This document shows, piece after piece, positions 33,580 to 44,076 of a stretch of 64,000 bases of DNA (position 1 is its first letter; each line of letters opens with the position of its first letter). Under the pieces are notes generated by a model. That model saw only the letters and a program-made list of their open reading frames with translations. It did not search any database and was not told the DNA's origin. The translations under genes were made by a program, and so were the position numbers. This DNA comes from an uncultured Planctomycetota bacterium (GTDB taxonomy: Bacteria > Planctomycetota > Planctomycetia > Isosphaerales > Isosphaeraceae), in contig CAWGMQ010000005.1 of the NCBI GenBank assembly GCA_963823665.1, positions 128,001-192,000 of the forward strand, in the 5' to 3' direction.

Positions 33580-34391
33580 ATGATCATGCCCGTGGAAACG
33601 ACCACCGAGAATCGGGGTGAGAGCCCGATTGATGCGCGCGATCGACTGGACAAGTCGGGGCGCGGGTGCGCCGAATGTTTCGGTCGATTGCGCGGCGATA
33701 CGACTTCCTCAACCACTTACTCAGCTTGAACATCGATCGATCGTGGCGAACCTTCACCACGCGCGTCGCCGCTCCGGAGCCAGGGGCGCTGATCCTGGAT
33801 TGCTGCACCGGCACGGCGGATCTGGCTCTGGCTTATGACCGCGCGGCCGGTGGACGCTCGCGGATCGTCGCCGCCGATTTTTGTCGTGAGATGCTGGTTC
33901 TGGGGCGTGAGAAGGTGGGAAAGGCGGGGGCGAACTCACGGATCACGCTCATCGAGAGCGACGCCCAACGGTTGCCTCTGCCGAGCGATACGTTCGGCAT
34001 CGTGAGTGTGGCGTTTGGATTGCGCAACATTGGGGACACGACGCGTGGCGTTGATGAACTCATTCGCGTTGCCCGCCCCGGCGGTAAGGTTGCGATCCTC
34101 GAGTTTTCGCGGCCACGCGGCGCCGTGCTGGGCCGGCTCTATCTGAGTTTCTTCCGGCACGTGTTGCCACGCATCGGCCAGGCGATCTCCCCGAATTCCG
34201 ATCGCGCGTACGATTACTTGCCGGAAAGCGTGCTGGCTTTCCCGGACGGCCAGGCGATGCTCGATCTGCTGGGCCAACGGGGATTGACCGAACTCGAGCA
34301 ACACCGTCTCACACGGGGAATCGCCACGCTGTACGTCGGGACCAAACCCATACTTCCAGGCTCAACCTCAGCCAAGGACACCATGCGATGA
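33580..34391 (+). CDS. ubiE: Demethylmenaquinone methyltransferase (frameshift ~33660)
   Basis: MFRSIARRYDFLN, LDCCTGTAD, AFGLRN, ILEFS, YDYLPES. Confidence 0.92.
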
Positions 34392-35104
34392 ACTCCGCGG
34401 GCCCTCCGCGCTCTCTCGACCTGGTGGTTGCGATGACCGGCGCCAGCGGCGCGCCTTATGCCGTGCGGCTCCTTCAAGTTCTCAGCCGATTCGAGCGAAC
34501 GATTCATCTCACGGTGAGCAACAGCGCGGTTCAAGTGCTCCACGAGGAGCTGGGATTGGATGTTTCGCTCGATTCGTTCAACCCCACGTTCGCGGGAGTT
34601 GCGCCGGGCCGTCTGGTGTATCATCATTACCAGGATTTCAACGCCCCGATCGCGAGCGGATCGTTTCCGACGGCGGCCATGGTCATCGTTCCGTGCAGCA
34701 TGAGCACGCTGGCCGCGATCGCCGCCGGAACGACGTCGAACCTGATCACGCGCGCCGCCGATGTCCATCTCAAGGAGCGGCGCAAGCTGATTTTGGTCCC
34801 GCGCGAGACTCCGCTGAGCCTGATCCATCTCGAAAACATGGTGAAAGTCACTCGGGCGGGCGCCATCGTGCTACCGGCGATGCCGGGTTGGTATCACCGG
34901 CCGCGGCAGATTCGCGATCTCATCGAGTTCGTGGTCGCCCGCATTTGCGATCAGATCGGAATTCAAAATGCGCTGGTGCCGCGCTGGGGCGTGCGATCAG
35001 CCGCCGACCCGCTCGAGGAGACGCAGCGAGATTCCACAACCCATCAAAGGGATGCCGCGTTCGACATCGAAGAAACGGAACGAGACCCGTTCGTCGGAGA
35101 TTGA
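34388..35104 (+). CDS. ubiX: Flavin prenyltransferase
   Basis: MTGASGAPY, IASGS, PCSMSTL, RAADVHLKERR, RETP. Confidence 0.95.
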   Translation: MNSAGPPRSLDLVVAMTGASGAPYAVRLLQVLSRFERTIHLTVSNSAVQVLHEELGLDVSLDSFNPTFAGVAPGRLVYHHYQDFNAPIASGSFPTAAMVIVPCSMSTLAAIAAGTTSNLITRAADVHLKERRKLILVPRETPLSLIHLENMVKVTRAGAIVLPAMPGWYHRPRQIRDLIEFVVARICDQIGIQNALVPRWGVRSAADPLEETQRDSTTHQRDAAFDIEETERDPFVGD

Positions 35105-35108
35105 GCCC

Positions 35109-36008
35109 ATGACGATCGGTGAGGGCGCGCAAACGGCCCGACCGGGCGGGGTGGTCTTGATCACCGGCGCATCGGCCGGGCTGGGGGCAGCGCTGGCGCT
35201 GGAACTGGTGCAGCAGAAAAAGGCCGGCGCTCTGGTCCTCTCCGCGCGCCGCGGCGACCGGCTGGACGAGCTTTCGCGTGAGCTTTCGAACATTCAACCT
35301 GGGCTTCAGATCCTGACGGTTGCCGGCGACCTTGCCGATCCGGGGTTTGCCGCGCGACTCACGGACGAGACATTGCGCCGATTCGGAGGGCTTGACGTTC
35401 TCATCAACAACGCCGGCCTCGGCCTGCCGACGCTGTTCGAAGACGCCGAGCCCGGGCTCATCGCGACGCAGCTCACCGTCAACTTGACGGCCCCCCTTTT
35501 ACTGACGCGACTCTGCCTGCCCTCGCTTGTTGAACGAAAAGGGATGATCATCAACATCGGCTCGGCAATCACGTGCGTTGCGAACTCGGCCTTAGGCGCC
35601 TACGGCGCGACCAAAGCGGGGCTCGCCTACTGGAACGACGCGTTGCGGCGTGAGCTGGCGACGCGCGGCGTGAAGGTCTGTCTGGTCGAGCCGGGGCCGT
35701 TCAAGACCGAGTTCATGGCGGCGGTCGAGTCGAGGGTGGCCGCTGGGGAGCAGACGCACCCGATCCTCGATAACGCGGCTCCGTGGATGAGTGCAAGCGT
35801 CGAGCTGGTCGCCCGCCGGGTGGTGAGGTTACTCGACCACCCGCGGCGGCGGCTCTCGATCCCGAAGCACTTCGTGTGGCCGTTCCGGATCCTGGGCTTC
35901 CTCGTGCGGCTGTGCCCGCCGCTGGGGGACCGGCTTGTCATTGCAATGCAACGACAAGACGGGCACGCACGCAAACCGGTGTCGAGCCCGCAGATGACCA
36001 CTCACTGA
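35109..36008 (+). CDS. Short-chain dehydrogenase/reductase
   Basis: TGASAGLG, NNAG, YGATK. Confidence 0.92.
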   Translation: MTIGEGAQTARPGGVVLITGASAGLGAALALELVQQKKAGALVLSARRGDRLDELSRELSNIQPGLQILTVAGDLADPGFAARLTDETLRRFGGLDVLINNAGLGLPTLFEDAEPGLIATQLTVNLTAPLLLTRLCLPSLVERKGMIINIGSAITCVANSALGAYGATKAGLAYWNDALRRELATRGVKVCLVEPGPFKTEFMAAVESRVAAGEQTHPILDNAAPWMSASVELVARRVVRLLDHPRRRLSIPKHFVWPFRILGFLVRLCPPLGDRLVIAMQRQDGHARKPVSSPQMTTH

Positions 36009-36589
36009 TCTTTCTTTTTTCGCGTGTGAGACATCGAGACGACCTTGGCAGCCTTCCCAGCGTCGTCAACCCGGAACCACTCCAGGGTGAAGTTGTCGTG
36101 GTCGATGATGGTGGTGACGGTGCGCAGCTTGTAGGGTTTTCCGGTCCGGGGATCGAGTGGCTCACTCGAGTTGGTGAAGACTTTGCCGTCGTCGGAGACC
36201 GTGCCCTCGTTGTGCAGGACGCTGGTACCCATGGTGTCGAGCATGATCTCGATCGATTTTTTCCTGGCATTGTCGTAACCGAGGATCTGAAGCACATGGA
36301 ACGGCTGACCCTGGAACTTGCTGGAGTATTCTTGCTGCAGGAAACGATCGCCGAGAATCAGCTTCGCTTCGCAGGTTGCCTTTCCTTCTTGCTGCTTGTC
36401 TCCGAGTATGTACTTGACCGAAACGCTCCATGACCCCGCGAGCTCGCCGAGCCGCTTGTGTACTGGGCCCGGTAGGTCCGGCTGCGGGCCCTCATTTTGC
36501 CTCTTTTCTTCCTGGGCGAAGCCGGCTGCGGGCAAGATGATCAGGCCGGACGTGATGCACGCTAGAAGCCACCTCATCACAACACTCAT
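36002..36589 (-). CDS. Secreted DUF1579-like protein
   Basis: Signal peptide; PGPVHKRLGELAGSW, LGYDN, DTMGT. Confidence 0.8.
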   Translation of the reverse strand: MSVVMRWLLACITSGLIILPAAGFAQEEKRQNEGPQPDLPGPVHKRLGELAGSWSVSVKYILGDKQQEGKATCEAKLILGDRFLQQEYSSKFQGQPFHVLQILGYDNARKKSIEIMLDTMGTSVLHNEGTVSDDGKVFTNSSEPLDPRTGKPYKLRTVTTIIDHDNFTLEWFRVDDAGKAAKVVSMSHTRKKKDQ

Positions 36590-36616
36590 CGATAGGGTCC
36601 TTTCATTTGTTGAAGC

Positions 36617-36700
36617 TCACTGTTTGTTACCGAACATTTCGTCGGCCGCCTTCTTCATCTGTTCCGGGGTGCGATCCTCGATGTGGGATGCCATGGGCCA
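36617..36700 (-). pseudogene. Orphan C-terminal fragment of a second VOC/PhnB gene
   Basis: WPMASHIEDRTPEQMKKAADEMFGNKQ* resembles WSMATRIEDLSPRQLKERA of the adjacent gene. Confidence 0.55.
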
Positions 36701-36724
36701 TCAAGAAAAATGCAGATCGGTAGC

Positions 36725-37222
36725 TCATGCATCGGGCTCAGCGTCCCGGCCGGTTTGCCGGCTGCTCCACTCGACGGCCCGTTCTTTGAGCTGGCGCGGC
36801 GAGAGGTCTTCGATTCGGGTGGCCATCGACCAGCGATGGCCGAAGGGGTCGACGACGATGGCGTAGCGATCTCCCCAGAAACAGTCTTGCAAGGGCATGA
36901 CAACCGTGACGCCTGAGTCGACGGCCTTTTGATAGAGGGCATCGACGTCTTCGACGTAGAGGTGAAGGACCACGCCGGTGCAGGCGACGCCGAGTGGAGA
37001 AACTTGTCCGAGGTCGGGGAACTCGTCGTGGAGGAAGAACCGTGAATCACCGAGCAAGAGCTCGACGTGCATGACCGACTTGCCGTCGGGCGCCAGGTTC
37101 CGATAAAGTTCGGAAGCCCCGAAGGCCTTTTCGTAGAACTTCACCGCGGCGTCAACGCCGCGGACGGTCAAGTGGAGTGTGATCGTGTGGAAATCTTCAA
37201 GAGCTTTCGTGTGGCTGGACAT
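36725..37222 (-). CDS. VOC/PhnB family protein
   Basis: FYEKAFGA, MHVEL, FWGDRY, DPFGHRW. Confidence 0.93.
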   Translation of the reverse strand: MSSHTKALEDFHTITLHLTVRGVDAAVKFYEKAFGASELYRNLAPDGKSVMHVELLLGDSRFFLHDEFPDLGQVSPLGVACTGVVLHLYVEDVDALYQKAVDSGVTVVMPLQDCFWGDRYAIVVDPFGHRWSMATRIEDLSPRQLKERAVEWSSRQTGRDAEPDA

Positions 37223-37237
37223 GTGTTTTCTCCGCGG

Positions 37238-37603
37238 TTAGCTCAGCAAGCCTCGGCGGCGTGCTTCGTCGATCAGTTGCTTGAGCCTGGAGACCTCAGC
37301 ACGAGCGACTTTCAGGCCGAATTCCGTCAACTGGTAATTGCGTCTGCGCTCGTCGTCTTGCGCGCCTGACTCTGAGTCCGTCAGCTCCTCGATCAGGCCG
37401 TCGATGAGCATTCTTTGAATCGAGCGGTACAACGTGCCCGGCCCAAGGTGCAATTGACCGGCCGAGAGCCGGTCGACGTCTTGCATGATCCCGTAGCCGT
37501 GGCGCTGGCCGCCGCTCAAAGCCAGCAGAATGTGAAAGACGGCCGGCGTCAGCGGCAAGAGCTCGGTGGGATCGAATGACTCCTCTGGTGCCTTGGTTGC
37601 CAT
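37238..37603 (-). CDS. PadR family transcriptional regulator
   Basis: HILLAL, HGYGI, GPGTLY, RRNYQLTEFG. Confidence 0.93.
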   Translation of the reverse strand: MATKAPEESFDPTELLPLTPAVFHILLALSGGQRHGYGIMQDVDRLSAGQLHLGPGTLYRSIQRMLIDGLIEELTDSESGAQDDERRRNYQLTEFGLKVARAEVSRLKQLIDEARRRGLLS

Positions 37604-37610
37604 TCAACAA

Positions 37611-37666
37611 TCCACTGTGGATATAACCACGGTGGATATAGTAGACGGGTCGCCACTGGTTGTCAA
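37611..37666 (-). promoter_or_regulatory. Sigma70 promoter with tandem palindromic operator for PadR operon
   Basis: TTGACA-N17-TACTAT (37666-37638); repeats CCACTGTGGATATA / CCACGGTGGATATA over the predicted start site. Confidence 0.75.
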
Positions 37667-37795
37667 CGGGCTGTCAAGAAAAATCGAGTTGCGGCTTCTG
37701 CGGACCAAACCGACCGCAAATCGGCATCCGGTGGGTGTGCGATGACGCCCGGTCGGATTAGGATAGGTCTGGTCGAGTTTGAAAGGAGCGATGTT

Positions 37796-38233
37796 ATGGA
37801 TCCCGGCGGCACCGAATGCGGGCCGAGCGCTCGTGGGAGCGTCAATTCTCTCGAGCGGGGCCAAGAAGACCAGTTTGTCGCGGTTGTTCGACCGTTGTTG
37901 CTGCGGGTCGTCTGTGGAGTGATGGCGATCACGATTCTTGCGGCGTGTAAGGACGACGTGCCGGCCTTTTTTGCGAAGCATCTTGCGAGGCGATTCATTC
38001 ACAATGATCGCCGACACCCGCAAGCGACCGACGCTTTCATGCCGCGTCCGCAGCAAGTTCTTTACAATCCCGCAGGTGGCTTTTGCTCCGTCGAAGAACC
38101 CGGCACAGACCCGATCGATCTGACGTCCGAGGGCCTGATCACGGTGAGGTGGCCCCCGATATTTAGTTCGTCAGCCGCGTATCCGCGCTCGGAAGGATGT
38201 CTCCGTGTTCACATTCGGCGGGACGCCAATTGA
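37796..38233 (+). CDS. Hypothetical protein
   Basis: AAAGGAG RBS and one hydrophobic stretch; no family recognised. Confidence 0.35.
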   Translation: MDPGGTECGPSARGSVNSLERGQEDQFVAVVRPLLLRVVCGVMAITILAACKDDVPAFFAKHLARRFIHNDRRHPQATDAFMPRPQQVLYNPAGGFCSVEEPGTDPIDLTSEGLITVRWPPIFSSSAAYPRSEGCLRVHIRRDAN

Positions 38234-38248
38234 AGCTGAGGTAGCGAC

Positions 38249-39235
38249 ATGTCCGCTACGAGGGTGTGGCGACTCAATTTGATCGATGTGATGGGAATCG
38301 TCGCGGCGTTTGCATTGGTGTTCGCCAGTGTGAGCAGGCGATGGTTTTCGCTCTGGGCGACGTACATTCTCGTCGCGTCGCTCGTCGGGTTTGCTGTTGG
38401 CGGGATTCTGGGGCTGGTGACGCTTCTTTTGCTCCGGTCAGTCGCGGCCGTCACGACCGGGGGGCGCTTCGGCCTTCGAAATCCGGAGCGCTCGACGCAT
38501 CCGATGTTGTTCGTCGCTGGCGCGGCCTGGAGGTGGGCCATAGGCTCCATCTTCGGTCCTCCTCCCGGCTGGAGGCGATCGCTTTGCTGGCTCGGAGGGT
38601 CCGTCGCGTCTATCTTCGGAGTTCTGTACTTGGTCCAATGCAAATGGCTCTGGGGTTTTGATGCCAGTTCTCTTGCGCCCGTCGCGCCGATCTATCCTTG
38701 GAGCGAGCCAGATCGATGGCTCAACTTCGACTGGTCATCGATACCGAGGGAGCCCTGGCCGAGCTACGTTTTGAAGACAGCAGCGGGCTGCTTCATTCTT
38801 GTGTTCGTTTGGGTCAATCTGGTGTCCCCGCAGGCCGGAGGCTCACCGTCCTCGACGAATCAGCCAATCAACTCCAAGGAAGCCCAGCGTTTCTTGTTCC
38901 CACAAATCACGAAGGCAATCGCATGGCTGTTCGTGTTCTCCCCCGGATGGGTTCGTATTCTGCTCGGCTGGTGGCTCGCCGAGCTTTCGGTTCCGTTTGC
39001 GTATCTTCTGGTTTACGGGGGGTCGGAACTCGCGCCTCAGGCGAGTCAGTCGGTCTCCCTGGGCAATTACCTGTGTGCGACGGCGCTCTGCCTGGTCGCT
39101 GGGCTTTCGGTACTTAGTCGCGCTATATACGATGCGACCCGTCGCTACTTTTCGGCTTCGACTTCGGTCGCTTTGACACTGCCCATCCTGGCCGTTCACA
39201 CTGTGGCATTCTTCAAGAGTAGCGCGTATCTCTGA
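38249..39235 (+). CDS. Hypothetical multi-TM protein
   Basis: GAGG RBS; several hydrophobic helices. Confidence 0.65.
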   Translation: MSATRVWRLNLIDVMGIVAAFALVFASVSRRWFSLWATYILVASLVGFAVGGILGLVTLLLLRSVAAVTTGGRFGLRNPERSTHPMLFVAGAAWRWAIGSIFGPPPGWRRSLCWLGGSVASIFGVLYLVQCKWLWGFDASSLAPVAPIYPWSEPDRWLNFDWSSIPREPWPSYVLKTAAGCFILVFVWVNLVSPQAGGSPSSTNQPINSKEAQRFLFPQITKAIAWLFVFSPGWVRILLGWWLAELSVPFAYLLVYGGSELAPQASQSVSLGNYLCATALCLVAGLSVLSRAIYDATRRYFSASTSVALTLPILAVHTVAFFKSSAYL

Positions 39236-39286
39236 TTCGAGTTGAACGAGCAGTCGGCTCGTATTTCCGGGACGAAGAATCGCCCA

Positions 39287-40162
39287 ATGAAACGACTTCG
39301 CGAATATCTCGATCTCGTCAAGTTCAGCCACACGCTTTTCGCGCTGCCGTTTGCGCTCCTGGGGGCGGTGCTGGCGGCTCACGATTGGGATGGCTGGCAC
39401 GGGCGTCTGCGGGACGGGGCGGGCATTCTGCTTTGCATGGCTTCGGCGCGAACGGCGGCGATGGCATTCAATCGTCTGGTCGATCGGCGGTTCGATGCGA
39501 GGAATCCTCGCACGGCGGCCCGGCATCTTCCAGCGGGCCGGCTGGGCGTCGCGGAAGTGGCGATCTTCACGGTTGTGAGCAGCATGGCGTTCGTCGCGTG
39601 CACCCTGCTCTTTCTGCCCAATCGGTGGCCGCTTTATCTTTGTGGTCCGGTGCTGCTCTGGCTCCTGGGATACTCATACAGCAAGCGATTCACGAGCCTG
39701 GCGCATTTCTGGCTGGGGCTTTCGCTCTCCATGGCGCCGGCAGCGGCGTGGATAGCACTGAGGGGGAGCATCGCGTGGCCGCCGGTGCTGCTCGGGTTGG
39801 CCGTGCTGCTGTGGGTTTCCGGGTTCGACATCATTTACGCGTGCCAGGATGTGGATTTCGACCGCTCGGCGAAGCTGCACAGTATCCCCAGAGCCCTGGG
39901 TGTGCCTCGAGCGCTGGGAGTGGCGGGCGTGTGTCATTCGGCTATGATGCTACCGCTCCTTGGGCTGGGACTGATCTATCCGCTGGGCTGGATTTATTTC
40001 CTCGGAGTGGTGGCGGTGGGGGCACTCCTTGTTTACGAGCACGCGCTCATTCGCCCGGATGATCTGACGCGGGTCAACATTGCGTTCTTCAACGTGAATG
40101 TGGTGATCAGCGTGGGGCTGCTGGTTGTGTCGGTGGTCGATATCGTCGTTCGGCACCGATAG
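39287..40162 (+). CDS. ubiA: UbiA-family prenyltransferase (futalosine pathway type)
   Basis: KFSHTLFALPFA, FNRLVDRRFDARNPRT, GFDIIYACQD. Confidence 0.92.
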   Translation: MKRLREYLDLVKFSHTLFALPFALLGAVLAAHDWDGWHGRLRDGAGILLCMASARTAAMAFNRLVDRRFDARNPRTAARHLPAGRLGVAEVAIFTVVSSMAFVACTLLFLPNRWPLYLCGPVLLWLLGYSYSKRFTSLAHFWLGLSLSMAPAAAWIALRGSIAWPPVLLGLAVLLWVSGFDIIYACQDVDFDRSAKLHSIPRALGVPRALGVAGVCHSAMMLPLLGLGLIYPLGWIYFLGVVAVGALLVYEHALIRPDDLTRVNIAFFNVNVVISVGLLVVSVVDIVVRHR

Positions 40163-40190
40163 GATGGCTGCGGAATCGGAGGATGGCTTG

Positions 40191-40934
40191 ATGTCGGATT
40201 CTGTTCAGGACCGCCCCACGGCCGCGCGTTTTCCGACGACGCACTGGAGCCGCGTTGTCGCGGCGAGTGATCCTGTGGCGTCCTCGTCGCGGACTGCACT
40301 TGAGGAATTGTGCCGGAACTACTGGTTTCCACTTTACGCTTTCGTGCGCAGCCGGGGCCAGTCGCCGCATGACGCCGAGGATGTCGTTCAAGGCTTCCTT
40401 GCCGACCTCTTGAGCCGCGGCGATCTGGCGAACCTCGACCCCTCGAAAGGGAGATTCCGATCGTTTCTACGAGCCGCCTGCGAGCATTATCTGGCAAACC
40501 AGCGCGACCACGATCGCGCCGCCAAGCGCGGCGGCGAGGTGAAGATCGTGTGCATTGACCGGCTCGACGCGGAAAGCCGGTTTCGGCGCGAACATGCGAC
40601 TCAGGTCACACCCGAGCGCATCTTCGAGCGGCAGTGGGCGTTGACGCTGCTCGAGCGCGTGATGGAGCGGCTCGAGGCCGAGTCCGTACAAGCGGGCAAG
40701 GCCGAGTTGTTCGCGTTGCTGAGGCCGGTCTTGCAGGGCGACGCCCTGGCACCGTCTTATCCCGCGATTGCGTCCGAGCTGGGAATGAACGATGGGGCCG
40801 TGCGCGTGGCGGCGCATCGGCTGCGCGTCCGCTACCGAGAGCGACTCCGTGAAGAGGTTGGCCGCACGACGGCTGACCCGTCGGCCGTCGACGCCGAGAT
40901 CGCCGAATTGCTGGCGGCGCTTGCCGGGGGCTGA
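40191..40934 (+). CDS. ECF sigma factor (kinase-associated planctomycete type)
   Basis: FPTTHWS, YWFPLYAF, DAEDVVQGF, KGRFRSFL, FERQWA. Confidence 0.9.
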   Translation: MSDSVQDRPTAARFPTTHWSRVVAASDPVASSSRTALEELCRNYWFPLYAFVRSRGQSPHDAEDVVQGFLADLLSRGDLANLDPSKGRFRSFLRAACEHYLANQRDHDRAAKRGGEVKIVCIDRLDAESRFRREHATQVTPERIFERQWALTLLERVMERLEAESVQAGKAELFALLRPVLQGDALAPSYPAIASELGMNDGAVRVAAHRLRVRYRERLREEVGRTTADPSAVDAEIAELLAALAGG

Positions 40935-41015
40935 TGGTTTTTGTTTTCTTGTAACACCTGTCGAGTTTTCCTTCTTCCAGGGGTAGAGAGCATCACCCTT
41001 TCGGGAGGATCGAGC

Positions 41016-44000
41016 ATGAGTGGCGAGTGTCGCGGTTGCGGAAACGTGCTACCGGACAGGGCGTTGAGCGGGCTCTGCCCGGTGTGCCTTCTTCGACAGG
41101 GGCTGGCCGGGATTAGTGCGTCCTCCGGCGATACCGCGCCAGCCATGAGTTTGACTGTGGCTCCAGCGGCGAGCGCCCTGGCCACGCTGGACAGGTCGCT
41201 CGGCGGACTGCCGCGAGTGTTGCTTCGTGATTCCGAGCTGGATAGCGCGCCTGGGCCGCTAGTCCAGCCGGGCTCGCCCGAAATGCCCGCGCTCGGCGCG
41301 GGCGCTGGCCGGTTGCAGCTTCTGGGCGAGATCGCACGTGGTGGGATGGGGGCGGTTCTGAAGGGCCGTGACCCTGATCTGGGACGTGACGTGGCAATCA
41401 AGGTGCTGCTCGATTCGCATCGCGGCAAGCCCGAGCTGATTCGCCGTTTTATCGAGGAAGCCCAGATCGGTGGTCAGTTACAGCATCCGGGGATCGTGCC
41501 GATTTACGAGCTGGGCGCGTTCGCGGACCAACGCCCGTATTTCGCGATGAAGCTGGTCAAAGGTCGAACGCTCTCGAATCTGCAGGACGAGCGCTCGGAC
41601 CGGGCGCACGACGTTGCGCGATTTCTCGCGATCTTCGAGGCGGTGTGCCAGACGATTGCGTACGCGCACGCCCGGGGCGTGATTCACCGCGATTTGAAGC
41701 CGTCGAACATCATGGTCGGCTCGTTTGGCGAAGTGCAGGTGATGGATTGGGGGCTGGCGAAGGTCTTGCCGCAGGGAGGCGCGGCCGATGATGCAACTGC
41801 CGGCAAGACGCGCGAGCGTGAAACGGTGATTGCCACCGCCCGGAGCGGCGGTGAATCCGACTCGGACCTGTCGAGGGCCGGCAGCGTGATGGGCACGCCG
41901 TCGTACATGGCGCCGGAGCAGGCGCGCGGCGAGGTGGAACGGCTGGACGAGCGGTGCGACGTCTTCGCGTTGGGGTCAATCCTGTGCGAGATCTTGACCG
42001 GCGAGCCGGCATTCACGGGCCGTTCATCGGGTGAGATTCAGCGGAAGGCGTCGCGGGGCGAGTTGAAAGAGACGCTCGATCGCCTGGATGCACGCGGCGG
42101 TGATTCGGAGCTGATCGCACTGGCCAAGGACTGCCTATCCTCGGAGCTAGAAGACCGTCCGCGCCACGCCGGCGAGGTGGCGGCGCGGATCAATGCTCAT
42201 CAAGCGGGCGTGCAGGAACGGTTGAGACTTGCCGAGATCGCGCGTGCGGAGGAGAAGGCACGTGCTGAGGAGGCAACCAAGCGCGCTCGGGTTGAGCGGG
42301 ATCGGTTGAGGTTGACCGTGGCGCTGGCGGCGACGGCGATGGGTTTGATCCTTCTTGCAGCGGGCGTCTGGGGCTATCTGGCCCAGCAGCACGCGTCGCG
42401 CCGCGCGGCCACCGAGCGAAATGTTTCCCAGGCAGTTGACGAGGCGAACCAACTGCGGGGTCAAGCGAGAGCGGCAGGCATCGGTGACCTTTCCAAGTGG
42501 TTCGAGGCACAGCGAGCGGCTGAAAAAGCAAATGCGCTCATGGTCGCTGGCGAAGCGGATGCGGATCTCAAGAATCGAGTCGCGAACCTGGTATTACTCA
42601 TCAGGACCGAGCAGTCCGACGCGACCCACCGTGCGCTCGAGTTGGCGAGAGATCGGCAGTTTCTCGACAGATTGGAGAGCGTTCGACTCGACGCGTTACA
42701 CGATGAGGACGACGGAGACACCACGGACACCGCCTATTCCATGGCCTTCAAAGAGTTTGGCATCGATCCGGACCGGCTCGATCCCGAGGAGACTGGTCGA
42801 CTCTTGGCACTGCGATCCAACGCCTCGGAGCTAGCTTATTACCTCGACGAATGGGCGGTAATACGTCAGTACTTCCCAAAGGGAAGAAGCGGGGACTCTT
42901 GGAAACGGCTCCTCGCGTCAGCTCGCGGCGCCGACCCAGACCCTTGGCGCGACAAGCTTCGAAAGCTGGTGGAGGCGGAAGACGCGGACGGACTAGCTCG
43001 ACTCGCCATCGACGAACAGGTTCTTGCAGGACAGCCGGCACGCAGCTTGCTAATTCTGTCAACGCACCTAGGAGACTATCTGGGAGCCGAGGTTATAGAC
43101 CGAGTACTCAGACCAGCATGGGAGTTGCATCCCGACGACTTTGGACTCTGCTACGAATTGGGCACCTGGGGCAACATCCGTTTCAGCACGGCCGCGGTCG
43201 CACTTCGCCCACAGAATGCTGCGGCCCATTACGAGCTCGGTGAACACTTACTGAGGTGCGGTGGAGAGCAGTTAGAGATTGCTCACGATCACCCAATGAC
43301 GGCGGCCGTTGAGCTCAAAGAAGCTATCACACACTATCGTGCAGCGACGCGCAATAGACCGGGCACGGGCATTTATCATCTCCGTCTTGCTCACGCCTTA
43401 TTCGTGAATGGGAATCCGGATGAAGCCATCGCCCAATATCGGGAGGCGATCCGGCTAGGCAAAAGGTGGATGGTGCCGCAACACAACCTCGCCGTCGACC
43501 TCCTGCGGGCCGGCAGATGGGACGATGCGCTCGTCGAATATGAGGGCCTGCTTCGTGCCAATCCCAGCGACGCCTCGATTCAAGGCAATTTCCTTGAACT
43601 AATGGATTTTCTGGGAAAGGCGACGAAGGCCGGGCTCGCGCTATCCGACGAAGTGAGGTCCCGCCAACGGCTTCGCGCAGCGATCGCGGCTGCCCAAGCC
43701 GGCACCGGGCCGGACGCAGAAGAGAAGGGGCTCTCTTTGGACCATCCCGTGCGTGCCAGGTGGCGAGCGTACGCTCTCCGATGGATGCGTGCAGAGCGAG
43801 AGTTTTGTGGCAAAATCCTCGACCCCGCAACCGTCGACAAAGCAAGCTCCGCAGTTGCGACACCCCAAAAACTCGCCCTCGCCCGCAAGTCCCTCGACAT
43901 CTTGACCCACCACCGCGACCTAGCCTGCGTGCGCGACGAGAAGGAACTGGCTAGACTACCGGAGCCTGAGCGAAAAGAGTGGCAGGCATTCTGGGCCGAG

Positions 44001-44036
44001 GTCGCCGCGCTTCTCAAGAAGGCAGACGGGCACTAG
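41016..44036 (+). CDS. Ser/Thr protein kinase with N-terminal CxxC/CxxC, TM segment and TPR C-terminus
   Basis: IARGGMGAV, VAIK, HRDLKPSN, DWGLAK, GTPSYMAPE. Confidence 0.95.
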   Translation: MSGECRGCGNVLPDRALSGLCPVCLLRQGLAGISASSGDTAPAMSLTVAPAASALATLDRSLGGLPRVLLRDSELDSAPGPLVQPGSPEMPALGAGAGRLQLLGEIARGGMGAVLKGRDPDLGRDVAIKVLLDSHRGKPELIRRFIEEAQIGGQLQHPGIVPIYELGAFADQRPYFAMKLVKGRTLSNLQDERSDRAHDVARFLAIFEAVCQTIAYAHARGVIHRDLKPSNIMVGSFGEVQVMDWGLAKVLPQGGAADDATAGKTRERETVIATARSGGESDSDLSRAGSVMGTPSYMAPEQARGEVERLDERCDVFALGSILCEILTGEPAFTGRSSGEIQRKASRGELKETLDRLDARGGDSELIALAKDCLSSELEDRPRHAGEVAARINAHQAGVQERLRLAEIARAEEKARAEEATKRARVERDRLRLTVALAATAMGLILLAAGVWGYLAQQHASRRAATERNVSQAVDEANQLRGQARAAGIGDLSKWFEAQRAAEKANALMVAGEADADLKNRVANLVLLIRTEQSDATHRALELARDRQFLDRLESVRLDALHDEDDGDTTDTAYSMAFKEFGIDPDRLDPEETGRLLALRSNASELAYYLDEWAVIRQYFPKGRSGDSWKRLLASARGADPDPWRDKLRKLVEAEDADGLARLAIDEQVLAGQPARSLLILSTHLGDYLGAEVIDRVLRPAWELHPDDFGLCYELGTWGNIRFSTAAVALRPQNAAAHYELGEHLLRCGGEQLEIAHDHPMTAAVELKEAITHYRAATRNRPGTGIYHLRLAHALFVNGNPDEAIAQYREAIRLGKRWMVPQHNLAVDLLRAGRWDDALVEYEGLLRANPSDASIQGNFLELMDFLGKATKAGLALSDEVRSRQRLRAAIAAAQAGTGPDAEEKGLSLDHPVRARWRAYALRWMRAEREFCGKILDPATVDKASSAVATPQKLALARKSLDILTHHRDLACVRDEKELARLPEPERKEWQAFWAEVAALLKKADGH

Positions 44037-44076
44037 AATCGGACTGGTCCCGCAAGGTGCCTTCGTCGAGATCTTC

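Noticed and set aside
43830..43866. Third in-frame repeat insertion, in the kinase C-terminus
   Set aside because: Weak palindrome with no second copy in the window
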